Positions 1 to 9,173 are shown, counted from the first letter of the stretch. The stretch is 55,310 nt of DNA from a virus (IMGVR_UViG_3300023097_000001:1-55310), one strand, 5' to 3'. The notes: generated by a model from the letters alone, not told the origin. Translations and numbers: made by a program.

Positions 1-21
1 ATGCCCGCGAGGCGGGGCGGG
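1..21. repeat. 21-bp direct terminal overlap (copy at 55290-55310)
   Basis: ATGCCCGCGAGGCGGGGCGGG is identical at both ends, typical of circular contig overlap. Confidence 0.95.
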
Positions 22-416
22 GGGATCACCCCCCTACCACACCTCACGCTACATTGCAAGTTAAGTTGTGTCACCACCCTACCCACAACAGGGTCCCACC
101 CGCAAGCCCAATCTGTGTGTGCCACACCACACCCGTGTGCACTGTACAAACCCACCCCTGTGTGCTAGTACGTGTGCCCGTTCCTCACCCCACCCCCACA
201 CACCCACCTACCCACCTGCACACACCCCCATACACACCCCTGAGGTCCACGCTAAGCCCCTATATGCACCCCACCCATACAGACACCCCATGTGGGGGGT
301 AAACCCTCTCAGATTGCCCCACAGAGGGCTTAAACGCGTTTTCCCAGGTAGCCCCCTGTATAGACCCCCCTCCCATAGCACCCTATATAGGCCCTGACCT
401 GGAGGTTTGAGCCGAT

Positions 417-446
417 TTGACATCGGTTTGGGGGTGCGCGTAGTGT
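417..446 (+). promoter_or_regulatory. sigma70/SigA-like promoter
   Basis: TTGACA-18 nt-TAGTGT. Confidence 0.55.
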
Positions 447-615
447 TCTCCTTGTCGCCACCACGGGACACCAGGAAAGCCCCCGAAGTTGGGGGTTGCG
501 GGTCAGAACCCCGCCTGGTAAGGTCTTGGCTATCAACTCCACATGGTCCCGAGGACAACCCGCTTAGGGCGGGGGATGGTACGGACCAGCCTTTCCGGGT
601 TCCCCGGAAACGGAG

Positions 616-644
616 TTGACAAGCTGGACCAGGTTTGATAAGCT
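616..644 (+). promoter_or_regulatory. sigma70/SigA-like early promoter
   Basis: TTGACA-17 nt-TAAGCT, followed by ACAACTACATG at 658-668. Confidence 0.8.
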
Positions 645-779
645 TCACCTAGCTCGAACAACTACATGACTCACAGGTAACCGGTGAACCGAACCCGGTA
701 GGCGCTTTCGATGCCTACCGTCGAGAAACTGTTGTTACGGTTTGTTAGATAGTGGGATGACCCACCGGAAACCTGAGAG

Positions 780-808
780 TTGACAACCCGCAAGGGTTGA
801 GGTAAGGT
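780..808 (+). promoter_or_regulatory. sigma70/SigA-like early promoter
   Basis: TTGACA-17 nt-TAAGGT, followed by ACAACTACATG at 815-825. Confidence 0.8.
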
Positions 809-904
809 TCGACCACAACTACATGCCAACCCAGGCCGTCCGGTTCGCCGGCGTTACCAAGTCAGGCGGGGCTTAAATCCCCGTAGGCGTCCAAGGGTTG
901 AGGG

Positions 905-933
905 TTGACACCCTCTCGGCAACGTGGTAAGCT
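905..933 (+). promoter_or_regulatory. sigma70/SigA-like early promoter
   Basis: TTGACA-17 nt-TAAGCT. Confidence 0.8.
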
Positions 934-1271
934 TTGACCAGAACGGCACACGGTCACTGAACCGGGTAACACCGGGAACGGGCTGGAAGTGCTTGTACCT
1001 TGATAACTCCATATGCAAGTGTTGAGCCTGGAGGTGGCGCAGTAAGCGCCCACTCAACAGTGAATCTTGCACAACCCACTGATAGACCCGGTGGAAATCC
1101 TGTAGAGTCTCCTAGACTGTAGAGCCATAGCTGGTGGTGACTTGTCCCACATGAGGTTTGGCGATACAAGTAATCAAAGTTGAGGCTTACAGGGCGATCG
1201 AAATGCTTCCCTTGGGGAGGAATGATTCTGTTCCTCCCCTCTGGGTGGCACTTCGAACTAAGGATTGAGAC

Positions 1272-1550
1272 ATGGAAGCAACTCTCATCGGCCACACGAC
1301 CCTTGACGCCATGCCGCGAACCGGTGCTTACCTGCGAAGGATTCACGTCTTCGTGGGGTACCAGAACGCCATGGACTCGATCATCGGGGACCATGACCTC
1401 GCCTGGTGGGTGGTCGTCAACTTCGTTGACGGTCTCCTGTTGGAGGAAGGCATGAGCGTCAGGGCATGGGACCTGATCGAAGACTTGGACAACACCCTGC
1501 ACGGGATGTTCCCGCACTGGGACAAGTTCAGGACTGCGAACGGCGAGTGA
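1272..1550 (+). CDS. hypothetical early protein
   Basis: AAGGA RBS and ATG start; first ORF after the promoter array. Confidence 0.75.
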   Translation: MEATLIGHTTLDAMPRTGAYLRRIHVFVGYQNAMDSIIGDHDLAWWVVVNFVDGLLLEEGMSVRAWDLIEDLDNTLHGMFPHWDKFRTANGE

Positions 1551-1699
1551 GTCTTGAGTAGGGGCTTAGGTCCCTACTCTGGGCTGAACCACCGTTTGAG
1601 GATTGAGAATAGACATGCTGAATGCATTCCTGATCGTTGTTGGATACCTGACTCTCTGGAGTCTGGTAGCACGCTACTCCGAGCTGAAAAGGGCACACA

Positions 1700-1918
1700 A
1701 TGCGGATCGCTGAAGCATTGAGGCGGATCGTTCTGGCACCCGTTCTTGCGGGAGCCTTGATCGTGACCACGGGGTTGGCGCTGATGAATGCGCCCGAACC
1801 CCACGTCCCTGTTTACGACAACGCCTGCAATGTCCTGTTCTTGGGCAATGCGGACTGCCCCGAAGACACCATCGGTTGGATCGGTTCTTCGGAGGATGAC
1901 AGGGTGAACAAGGCATGA
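1700..1918 (+). CDS. hypothetical membrane/secreted protein
   Basis: N-terminal hydrophobic segment; ATGA overlap with the next gene. Confidence 0.7.
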   Translation: MRIAEALRRIVLAPVLAGALIVTTGLALMNAPEPHVPVYDNACNVLFLGNADCPEDTIGWIGSSEDDRVNKA

Positions 1919-2151
1919 GGCTTCGTGATGTCTTGTCCAGTGGTTTCAAGATGGCGGCCCGCATGGTCAATGTGGGCCTTGACGAGTACACCATCTACGT
2001 ATACCTGAGCTACCAAGACTTCAAAGATGGTCATTGGTGCTTCAAAGAGGTGCACACGGATTACGACATGGCCGTGAGGCAACTCGAAGAGTTGGAAGCA
2101 CTCCACGGTGACGAGTGGTTCTTCAACAATGACTTTGAGTCTCTTGTCTGA
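1915..2151 (+). CDS. hypothetical protein
   Basis: Translationally coupled ORF, phage-like composition. Confidence 0.7.
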   Translation: MRLRDVLSSGFKMAARMVNVGLDEYTIYVYLSYQDFKDGHWCFKEVHTDYDMAVRQLEELEALHGDEWFFNNDFESLV

Positions 2152-2208
2152 TAGGGTGAGGCCTACGGGCCTCCCCCGTTGGATTCTTCACTCAAAGGAG
2201 AGCAAGTC

Positions 2209-2592
2209 ATGAGCGAGATTTCATCTTCGGTCTACCGCGACGGAGACTTGGAAGTCTTGAGGGTGCGATGCACGGGTGGGACCCGACGCGAACGAGGCAG
2301 CAAGATCGGAGCCTTGATCCGCGCGGAGTCTGGTGGGTGGGAGAGGTTCCACATCTCCTACTCCGAGACTTATGGGTTCCTGTCCTGCACGTACGCCTTG
2401 TACAGGCGTATGGTGAAGAAAGAGCCAAGCTTTGAGGCTCACACGGGCCGTCCGTCATGGCACCAGGCAAGGGCCGGTGCGATTTCCTCGGGAATCGTGA
2501 GCTTTGGCACGAAAGAGGAAGCCGAAGCGTACGTAGAGAAGTACAAGGCTTCACATCCTGGTGAGCCTGCTTTCGTGATTACCAAGGATTGA
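2209..2592 (+). CDS. hypothetical protein
   Basis: AAAGGAG RBS before ATG 2209. Confidence 0.75.
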   Translation: MSEISSSVYRDGDLEVLRVRCTGGTRRERGSKIGALIRAESGGWERFHISYSETYGFLSCTYALYRRMVKKEPSFEAHTGRPSWHQARAGAISSGIVSFGTKEEAEAYVEKYKASHPGEPAFVITKD

Positions 2593-2655
2593 GCGTTCTT
2601 GTTTGGTACCACACTGTGGTGCCATTCATCTACCCTCAAGATTTGGAGTAGTGCC

Positions 2656-3123
2656 ATGGGTGCTGTCAAAGCGTTGGAAATCAGCCGAGACGATTTCTTG
2701 GAGGCGTTTGACTCCGAGTTCACCTGGGACGAACAGGTCTACATGGACAACGGTTCCGGCTACGTGGATGTTCACGTGGAAGTAGAGAAGTTCGGCGGTG
2801 GAACCGTGGGTGAGCGTTATGAGGGCCTGTGGATCTACACCGTGAGTGTTGACGGTGAGGTCAAGGCTTGGGGCAAGGACTTCCGGACCGGAATCGCCCA
2901 CACCCACAAGTACGTGGCCAAGATGGTTGCCACCATGTACGCAGAAGGGTCGATCCAAGACATGGACCCCGGTCCCTTCCACGTGAGCTACCCCCACACC
3001 CCAGGTGGGTTGTACGACTGCGGGCTGTGCGAGTCCGAGTGTTTCTGCGAGGACATGCGCAAGGGATTCGCTCCCGAGGTCGCAGCGGACATCGAATGTG
3101 TCTACTGCGGCTTGCAAGGTTAG
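2656..3123 (+). CDS. hypothetical protein with C-terminal Cys cluster
   Basis: GGAG RBS; CxxC-x3-CxC and CxxC motifs. Confidence 0.75.
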   Translation: MGAVKALEISRDDFLEAFDSEFTWDEQVYMDNGSGYVDVHVEVEKFGGGTVGERYEGLWIYTVSVDGEVKAWGKDFRTGIAHTHKYVAKMVATMYAEGSIQDMDPGPFHVSYPHTPGGLYDCGLCESECFCEDMRKGFAPEVAADIECVYCGLQG

Positions 3124-3194
3124 AGGCTTGATTTGGTGGGGACAGAGTGTGACTGTCCCTCGCCATGTTAGGCCCCTACGGAAGGTTTGAAGAC

Positions 3195-3458
3195 ATGGAC
3201 AACAAGCGATTCACCGTTGAGCCCGCCGTGGTGGACCAGTTCACGGACTCGTTCGTGGGTTGGTTCGTCCGCGACAACTTCAGCGGTCTGCCGGTCGGTG
3301 ATGGCAAGGGTGGGTTCATCCACGTCTACGGGTCCCGCGTGGGACTGGCCGTGGACATCTGCGAACAGATGAACACCGCAACCAACGGCATCACGCGAGA
3401 CGAGTCGGCCGTGAACACCCCCCGAGACTGCGAAGACTCGGGGCTGCTGGCAGCCTAG
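3195..3458 (+). CDS. hypothetical protein
   Basis: GAAGG RBS before ATG 3195. Confidence 0.7.
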   Translation: MDNKRFTVEPAVVDQFTDSFVGWFVRDNFSGLPVGDGKGGFIHVYGSRVGLAVDICEQMNTATNGITRDESAVNTPRDCEDSGLLAA

Positions 3459-3518
3459 TAGCTTTGGTGGGGGAGAGGCTTCGTCTCTTCCCTGCCATCT
3501 CTACTAGGAGGTTTGACC

Positions 3519-3830
3519 ATGTGTGACATCTGCAAAGAGCCGACCTTGACCATCGAACAGGCACGTGAGTTGGTGGCCAAGGGTGTGGAGTTCCTGAACG
3601 CCGACCAGGGAAAGGGTTGGGAGGTCCACATCGATCGTGATGAGTTCGACATCGGCTACGTCGCCTCGTGCATCGGCGGACAACTCTACGGCGACTACTA
3701 CACCCTGCGGAACAAGCTGGGCAGCGAGTCCGACGCCGTCGAGCACGGGTTCAGCGTGTGGAACACCAGTGACGCAGAACCGCTGAACGAGGCGTGGAAC
3801 GAGTACTTCGATACCGTTCTGGCTGTGTGA
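3519..3830 (+). CDS. hypothetical protein (paralog of 3890-4243)
   Basis: GGAGG RBS; shares G-x-[ED]-FL, GW, C-x2-GQLY and EHGF motifs with the next gene. Confidence 0.8.
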   Translation: MCDICKEPTLTIEQARELVAKGVEFLNADQGKGWEVHIDRDEFDIGYVASCIGGQLYGDYYTLRNKLGSESDAVEHGFSVWNTSDAEPLNEAWNEYFDTVLAV

Positions 3831-3889
3831 TCTTCTTCGGAGAGGGAACCACCCTCTCCGTTGATCTTTACCCAGACGGAAGGATTACC

Positions 3890-4243
3890 ATGTGTGAAGA
3901 GTTTTGCGGAGACGTGGAAGACGTCAAGTGGACTGCGGAACTCGCGGCGGAGCGAGTTCAGCGCGGGGCTGACTTCCTGACCCAGGAATTCGGTAGCGGG
4001 GGTTGGGCGTTCGACCTCAGTCCGTCGAACCTCCAGCTCTCCAACACCCAACGCTGTGTCATCGGGCAGCTCTACGCCTCTCGTCCTGGTGGATTGGACG
4101 GGTGGAGCAAGTTCATGAACAAGGAATGGCGCACCACGGGTTGGATGTGCGAACACGGGTTCGACAGCATCGAAAGGGAAGGTTACGACTTTCTCGACAC
4201 GGCATGGCGTGATCTGATCGCGAACATGACCGCACCTGTGTGA
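3890..4243 (+). CDS. hypothetical protein (paralog of 3519-3830)
   Basis: GAAGGA RBS; GADFL, CVIGQLY and EHGF motifs. Confidence 0.8.
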   Translation: MCEEFCGDVEDVKWTAELAAERVQRGADFLTQEFGSGGWAFDLSPSNLQLSNTQRCVIGQLYASRPGGLDGWSKFMNKEWRTTGWMCEHGFDSIEREGYDFLDTAWRDLIANMTAPV

Positions 4244-4304
4244 TCTTGTTCGGGGGAGGCTTGACCTCCCTCGTTCATCTTTACACAGACGAAAGGTTAG
4301 AGCC

Positions 4305-4631
4305 ATGTGCTACGAAATGTGCGGTCCCGAGACGTCCGACGACCCTGAGATCCAGGCCGAAATGGACAGGGACTACGCGGCGTGGATCCAAGAGCAGTTC
4401 CCGGAGGACGACGAGGAAGATGGCGCAGAAGAGCTTTCCGAGTCCGAAGCCGACGAGAAGTTTCAGGAGTTCGTGAACGAGACGCACGAGACAATCACGG
4501 TGATGGGGTTGGACTACGACCCAGCACGGGTCCTGAAAGACGTGGACCCCATCGCGTACCGTCAGGAGTTCCTCAACTGGGTGGACTCCGAAACCCAGGA
4601 GGGTCGTTACACGTTCCCATGGAACGAGTGA
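4305..4631 (+). CDS. acidic hypothetical protein
   Basis: GAAAGG RBS; very D/E-rich, with a DPIAYR motif. Confidence 0.75.
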   Translation: MCYEMCGPETSDDPEIQAEMDRDYAAWIQEQFPEDDEEDGAEELSESEADEKFQEFVNETHETITVMGLDYDPARVLKDVDPIAYRQEFLNWVDSETQEGRYTFPWNE

Positions 4632-4641
4632 GGGAAAAGGC

Positions 4642-4821
4642 ATGAGAGTAGCATCGAAAGAGTTCGGTGACACGGTTGTGGTCACCGACAGTGTTGTCGA
4701 GGGTCGTGTACACGTCATGGTGCGCACCAACGATGACCTGAACAGTGGCGGACTGGCAACGTTGGATCAGAAAGAGTTGAAAGAGCTGATCGACGGGCTG
4801 AAAGTGTTCGTGATCGAGTAG
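4642..4821 (+). CDS. hypothetical protein (59 aa, not in ORF track)
   Basis: Translated by hand: MRVASKEFGDTVVV...GLKVFVIE. Confidence 0.65.
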   Translation: MRVASKEFGDTVVVTDSVVEGRVHVMVRTNDDLNSGGLATLDQKELKELIDGLKVFVIE

Positions 4822-4901
4822 AGACAGGCTTGAATCTGGTGCACGGTGTGCAGAACGCCGTGTTCCGGGTTGAACCCTGATGTCTACGAAAGGTAAGAGC
4901 A

Positions 4902-5441
4902 ATGACTGTCAAGAAGAGCGTTGTCGACCTCATCGCGGCCCTGCGTTCCGGCGAGTACCTGAAGGGTACCGGAGCGCTGCGAGTGCGGAACGGACTGGAC
5001 CAGCCCTTCCAGTACTGCTGCGAAGGGGTCATGTGCGAAATCTCGGAAGCCCCGATCGTGAAGGAATCCGGGACGTTCAACAACAAGTACCTCACGACCA
5101 GGTTCTCCAAGACCCCCGTGATCGACCTGAACCCGGACATGTACACGCCTTACTCCGACGCGTTCGCTCCGTCCTACGTCTGGGAAGGCAGCGGCATGAC
5201 CACGACGGATGACGGTGAGGTGGCCGTCATCGAACTGCCGTACTACGGCGCGGAGTACAACTACGACACGGAATCGTACGACATGGTTCCGGGTGGGTGG
5301 CAGCTCCAGTCGTTGGCCAGCCTGAACGACTACCAGTCTCGGAGCAAGGAGCCTGAGGTCAAGGCGAAGAACGAGTTCACCTTCGCGCAGATCGCGGACC
5401 TGTTGGAATGGGCCATCGTGCGGGACTACGGCAACAAGTGA
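4902..5441 (+). CDS. hypothetical protein (paralog of 20986-21480)
   Basis: ALR...GAL...YCC-x-GV and F-x2-IAD motifs shared with 20986-21480. Confidence 0.8.
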   Translation: MTVKKSVVDLIAALRSGEYLKGTGALRVRNGLDQPFQYCCEGVMCEISEAPIVKESGTFNNKYLTTRFSKTPVIDLNPDMYTPYSDAFAPSYVWEGSGMTTTDDGEVAVIELPYYGAEYNYDTESYDMVPGGWQLQSLASLNDYQSRSKEPEVKAKNEFTFAQIADLLEWAIVRDYGNK

Positions 5442-5526
5442 TCTGAGAGCATTGTTTGTGCTAGGAGCTTTGGTTCCTAGCACGAATTGTCCACTCAGGG
5501 CACACAAGACATGAGGAGAAAAAGAC

Positions 5527-6024
5527 ATGACGACCACCGAAATCAAGCTGACCCCGGCCATGACCACGGCTCTCAAGTTGGCCGAAAAGATCGGCGACAA
5601 CGTGTACCTCCCGGACGGTACCAAGGCGCAGACCATCAAGGGACTCGTGTCCCGAGGTCTGTCGAACGAGTTGGGCGTGCTGACCCCGGAAGGCGCGGAA
5701 GCGTCGTTCCAGCTGGGTGCCGACGTCTCGATCGAGAGCGTTCAGGTCCAGGAGGAGCCCTTGGCTGACTGGGAGCGTGAGCTGCTGGGGACTCCGGAGT
5801 CCATCGCTACCCCGATCGCGGACGAGGACGCGAAGCCCCAGCCCCCGCAGGACAAGCTCACCAAGGAACTCGTCAAGATGCTGGACACCCCGACCCCCGT
5901 CCAGAACCGTGCGGACCGTAGGTTCGCCAAGTTCTCCCTGCGAGGGATGATGGCTCGTCGACAGGAGCGCAAGCGCGTGAAGGAGATCAAGAAGTACGGC
6001 ACCCCGAACAAGGTCGCCGCGTGA
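5527..6024 (+). CDS. hypothetical protein
   Basis: GAGGAG RBS; basic C-terminus. Confidence 0.75.
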   Translation: MTTTEIKLTPAMTTALKLAEKIGDNVYLPDGTKAQTIKGLVSRGLSNELGVLTPEGAEASFQLGADVSIESVQVQEEPLADWERELLGTPESIATPIADEDAKPQPPQDKLTKELVKMLDTPTPVQNRADRRFAKFSLRGMMARRQERKRVKEIKKYGTPNKVAA

Positions 6025-7090
6025 ACTACTACTTCCTGAGTGATGAGCCGCTGACCAAGGCAGAAATCCTGATCACCTTCGGGGTATTGATCTTGACAGT
6101 TCTGCTGCTGGGAAGAATCTTCAGAAAGAAGTGATCATGTCACCCAACGAAGGTGTTCTAGGTCTGTTCGCGCTGTGCATTGGCCTGTTCATACTGGCCT
6201 ACGTCGTCAGCGGGCAGTGGGAAGACGAGTAAAGGCATCATGAGAAGGCATCAGGTAACCCCTGATCACATGTTCCAGCTTGCGGACCGGGGGGTTGACC
6301 CCCGGTCCGAGTTGGACCTGATCGGCAACATTGGTGCGTATGTCGATGACGCGCACGAGTTCTCTCGTGCCTATGCCAACTACGCACAGACCGTGTTCGA
6401 CCTCTGTACGGGCTCTCCAGAGCCGGTGAGCAGGTTCCTCCAGAGGTGGCCGCACAGAAAGGTATTGCTATAGAAATCGCGATAGAACTTCTTAGGACCC
6501 TGTCCGTCATATTTGGCTTGATGCCATTGTGGGCATGGATGTTGTTGGTGTTCGGGGTCATCATCTTGTCGGAACTAGCGGATTACCTAAGGAATAGGTG
6601 ATGCAATGTGAGACCTGAAATCATGATAGCAATCGGCGCGTGCTTCACACTCGGACTGATCTTCGGAAAGAAGAACCCGGTTGTGGCAGGCGCGTGGTTT
6701 GCTGTCGCGTTCATCCTGACCATGTGGGCACCTGGAGGCTTGCTGTCATGACCACCGGATTAGCCAACGGGATAGGCTTCGGTCTGGCCGTGTTCGCAAG
6801 CGCAGTCATGTTCAGCAAGAGGCCGACCAACGCGATTCCGATCTACTTGATTGCGTTGGTGTTCATCGCTTGGGGGTGGGGTATCAGTGGCACCTAGGAA
6901 GCCTGCACCCAAGGCAAAGGGCAAGCTCCCACGTCATGACCGAAGCAAGCAGCTTCCGGTCCGCACGGGTTGGGGCTTGTGGAAGACGCTAGCTGTGGCG
7001 GTTGCGGTTGGTGTGGCTGTGTGGATCGTGCATGGTCCGGACATCCCACCCACGGTACCGGCACCTCCTACGATTGTTGAGCCGAGGTAA
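6021..7090 (+). other. run of small ORFs, mostly 1-2 TM membrane microproteins
   Basis: Hand translation gives MNYYFLSDEP...ILITFGVLILTVLLLGRIFRKK, MSPNEGVLGLFALCIGLFILAYVV..., MRRHQVTPDH..., IEIAIELL..., MRPEIMIAIG..., MTTGLANG... and MAPRKPAP...; the ORFs are closely packed or overlapping. Confidence 0.6.
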
Positions 7091-7364
7091 GGCATGTGAA
7101 GTGCAGGGCTGTGCGTTTGATGTCCCTCGGGGACGGTAATGGCTGGACCACGACCGCGTGTGTCCGGCATGGTTGGTGGCACCTGAGGCATGTGGATGTC
7201 TTCGGGTTTCACTGGTATGGGAAGGTAGGGAATTAGATGGGTGGCAAGTCGCACGAAGAGCAGCAGGCCGAGTTCGAAGAGCGAGTGCGAATCCAGACGG
7301 AAAAGGCAGCAGAGGCCGCGAGGGTGGCAGAGGCAGCCGAGAAGATCGCGAACGAGGGCAACTG

Positions 7365-7577
7365 ATGTTCGTCCAGATTCAGTTTGAGGGTTGGACTTTC
7401 TCCCTGGATGGTAAGGGAAATCTGACCATCCACACGGAAGGTGTGACCCTCAAGCACAAGCACGAAGGCATGAGCCCCGACGAGCTGAAAGGCTTCGCTC
7501 AGGGTTGGGCTGCCAACCACAATCGGATGACCCGAGACAGTGACTTGGTAGCCGCACCCATGCCCGCATTCCAGTAA
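7365..7577 (+). CDS. hypothetical protein
   Basis: MFVQIQFEGW... coupled to a short upstream helical ORF starting at 7237. Confidence 0.6.
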   Translation: MFVQIQFEGWTFSLDGKGNLTIHTEGVTLKHKHEGMSPDELKGFAQGWAANHNRMTRDSDLVAAPMPAFQ

Positions 7578-7726
7578 ATTTCAGAAAGGCATGACGAGAT
7601 GCTTGGTCTTGCGATTTTTCTGATCTTGTTGGCAACGTTCATCTTGCTGATGCTGTAAAAATTGAATAGTCACCTGTGATGAGCCCGCATAGGGTCGGGG
7701 CTACGTCTTGCACAACACAGGGGCAC

Positions 7727-7799
7727 GTCACCATAGCTCAAAGGGACAGAGCAACCGCCTCCTAAGCGGAAGATCCGAGTTCGAGTCTCGGTGGTGACA
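7727..7799 (+). tRNA. tRNA-Arg(CCU)
   Basis: Full cloverleaf: GTCACCA acceptor, anticodon loop CTCCTAA, T-loop TTCGAGT; no encoded CCA. Confidence 0.92.
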
Positions 7800-7837
7800 C
7801 TCAAAAAATGAGAACACTAGACCCTAAGGGGAACACA

Positions 7838-8251
7838 ATGGCTACTCGTACGATCATGGTTGACGACATCGATGGGACCGAAGCGACCGACACCCTCGAA
7901 TTCTCTTGGGGTGCCGACGACTACACCATCGACCTGAGCGAGGTCAACGCGGAGGAGTTCCGGGAGCTGATGGCCAAGTACATCGGTCATGCCACCAAGA
8001 AGGTGGCTCCTGTCGTTCTGGAGCCCCGGAAGCGTGCTGCGAGGGGTACATCTACCCCCAAGCCCGGCAAGCGCTCCAGGGACGAACTGAGCAAGATCCG
8101 TGAGTGGGCGGGTCTGAACGGTCACCAGGTGTCGCCCAAGGGCAGGATCGCGGAAGTCGTGATCGCTGCCTACGACTCTGCGATGGCAGAGGAGTTGGAC
8201 GACGCCAAGGCTGAGGCTGAGATTGTGGCCAAGGTGACCAAGTCTGAATAG
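7838..8251 (+). CDS. lsr2: Lsr2-like nucleoid-associated DNA-bridging protein
   Basis: VDDIDG, Y-x-IDLS dimerisation domain and IREWA-x2-NG-x2-VS-x-KGRI DNA-binding domain. Confidence 0.93.
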   Translation: MATRTIMVDDIDGTEATDTLEFSWGADDYTIDLSEVNAEEFRELMAKYIGHATKKVAPVVLEPRKRAARGTSTPKPGKRSRDELSKIREWAGLNGHQVSPKGRIAEVVIAAYDSAMAEELDDAKAEAEIVAKVTKSE

Positions 8252-8394
8252 GAGGGGAGGTAAGGAATAGATGATTTTGGCAGATGCCGAATACGTAACC
8301 GACCATACTGCTGCTGTAGGTCTTATTATCGTAGTCGGTTTCATTCTGGTGGTGTTGTGGTTGGCTTTCGGACCACGGGATTAGTAAGGGCGAT

Positions 8395-9165
8395 TTGATG
8401 GGAGTAGCATACAGGTCGGTTTCGCAGGCAAACCAAATGAACCGATGCGGTGAGGCGTACCGCCTCGCACGCCTTGAAAAGGTCTGGCAGAAACCGTCGG
8501 CATGGCTCCCTCAGGGTTCGGCCGTGCACTATGCGGCCGAAGTCTGGGAGAAGTCGGGCCGCACAATGAGTTTGGCGGACGCTCAAAAGGCGTTCGATCA
8601 GTCGTACAGTCAAGAGGTAGGCAAGTACGCAGCCATTACGCCCAACTTCCAGTACTGGGAGCGTTCGGGTCCGTACGACGCAAGGACTGATATCGAACGG
8701 CGTTGGGGCATCGGGATGGCTCAGGTAGCAGCCTACGTCAAGTACTACCAAGAACACCCCGAAGAGGTTCCGTCCGAGTATGACGGGACTCCTGCGGTAG
8801 AGTTTGAGTTTGACGTCGAGTTCGGAGACGTCCAGGTTCGGGGATTGATCGACATGGTTGTCGACGACAAGCCTCGTGATAACAAAACAGGCAAGAAGCC
8901 TGGAGACGACTTTCAGCTAGCCACCTATGCGGGTGCACTAGCAGTGAAGTACGACATTCCGTTCACTCAGGGCGACTACTGGATGGCACAGCAAGGCAAG
9001 CCCACACGGCCCTACGACTTGTCGCAGTGGTCGGTGCAAAGGCTTGCTGATGAGTACGGGGAGGTTGACCAGAAAATCAAGGCGGAAGACTTCGTGCCCA
9101 ATCCATCCACAGAGAATTGCATGTTCTGTTCGGTCCGAAATTCATGTTCGTTTGCTATGGCATAA
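8395..9165 (+). CDS. Cas4/RecB-like PD-(D/E)XK exonuclease
   Basis: RSVSQ-x5-C, GSAVH, RGLID, D-x-KTG, QL-x2-Y and C-terminal CxxC-x5-C. Confidence 0.88.
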   Translation: MMGVAYRSVSQANQMNRCGEAYRLARLEKVWQKPSAWLPQGSAVHYAAEVWEKSGRTMSLADAQKAFDQSYSQEVGKYAAITPNFQYWERSGPYDARTDIERRWGIGMAQVAAYVKYYQEHPEEVPSEYDGTPAVEFEFDVEFGDVQVRGLIDMVVDDKPRDNKTGKKPGDDFQLATYAGALAVKYDIPFTQGDYWMAQQGKPTRPYDLSQWSVQRLADEYGEVDQKIKAEDFVPNPSTENCMFCSVRNSCSFAMA

Positions 9166-9173
9166 GGAGAGGC

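Noticed and set aside
54-648. Pro/His/Thr-rich ORFs at the left end
   Set aside because: They are by-products of the C/A-skewed low-complexity tract and promoter region, with no RBS or protein-like composition.
8395-9165. Cas4-like gene as evidence of a CRISPR-Cas system
   Set aside because: No repeat-spacer array or other cas genes were seen; solo Cas4/RecB nucleases are standard in these phages.
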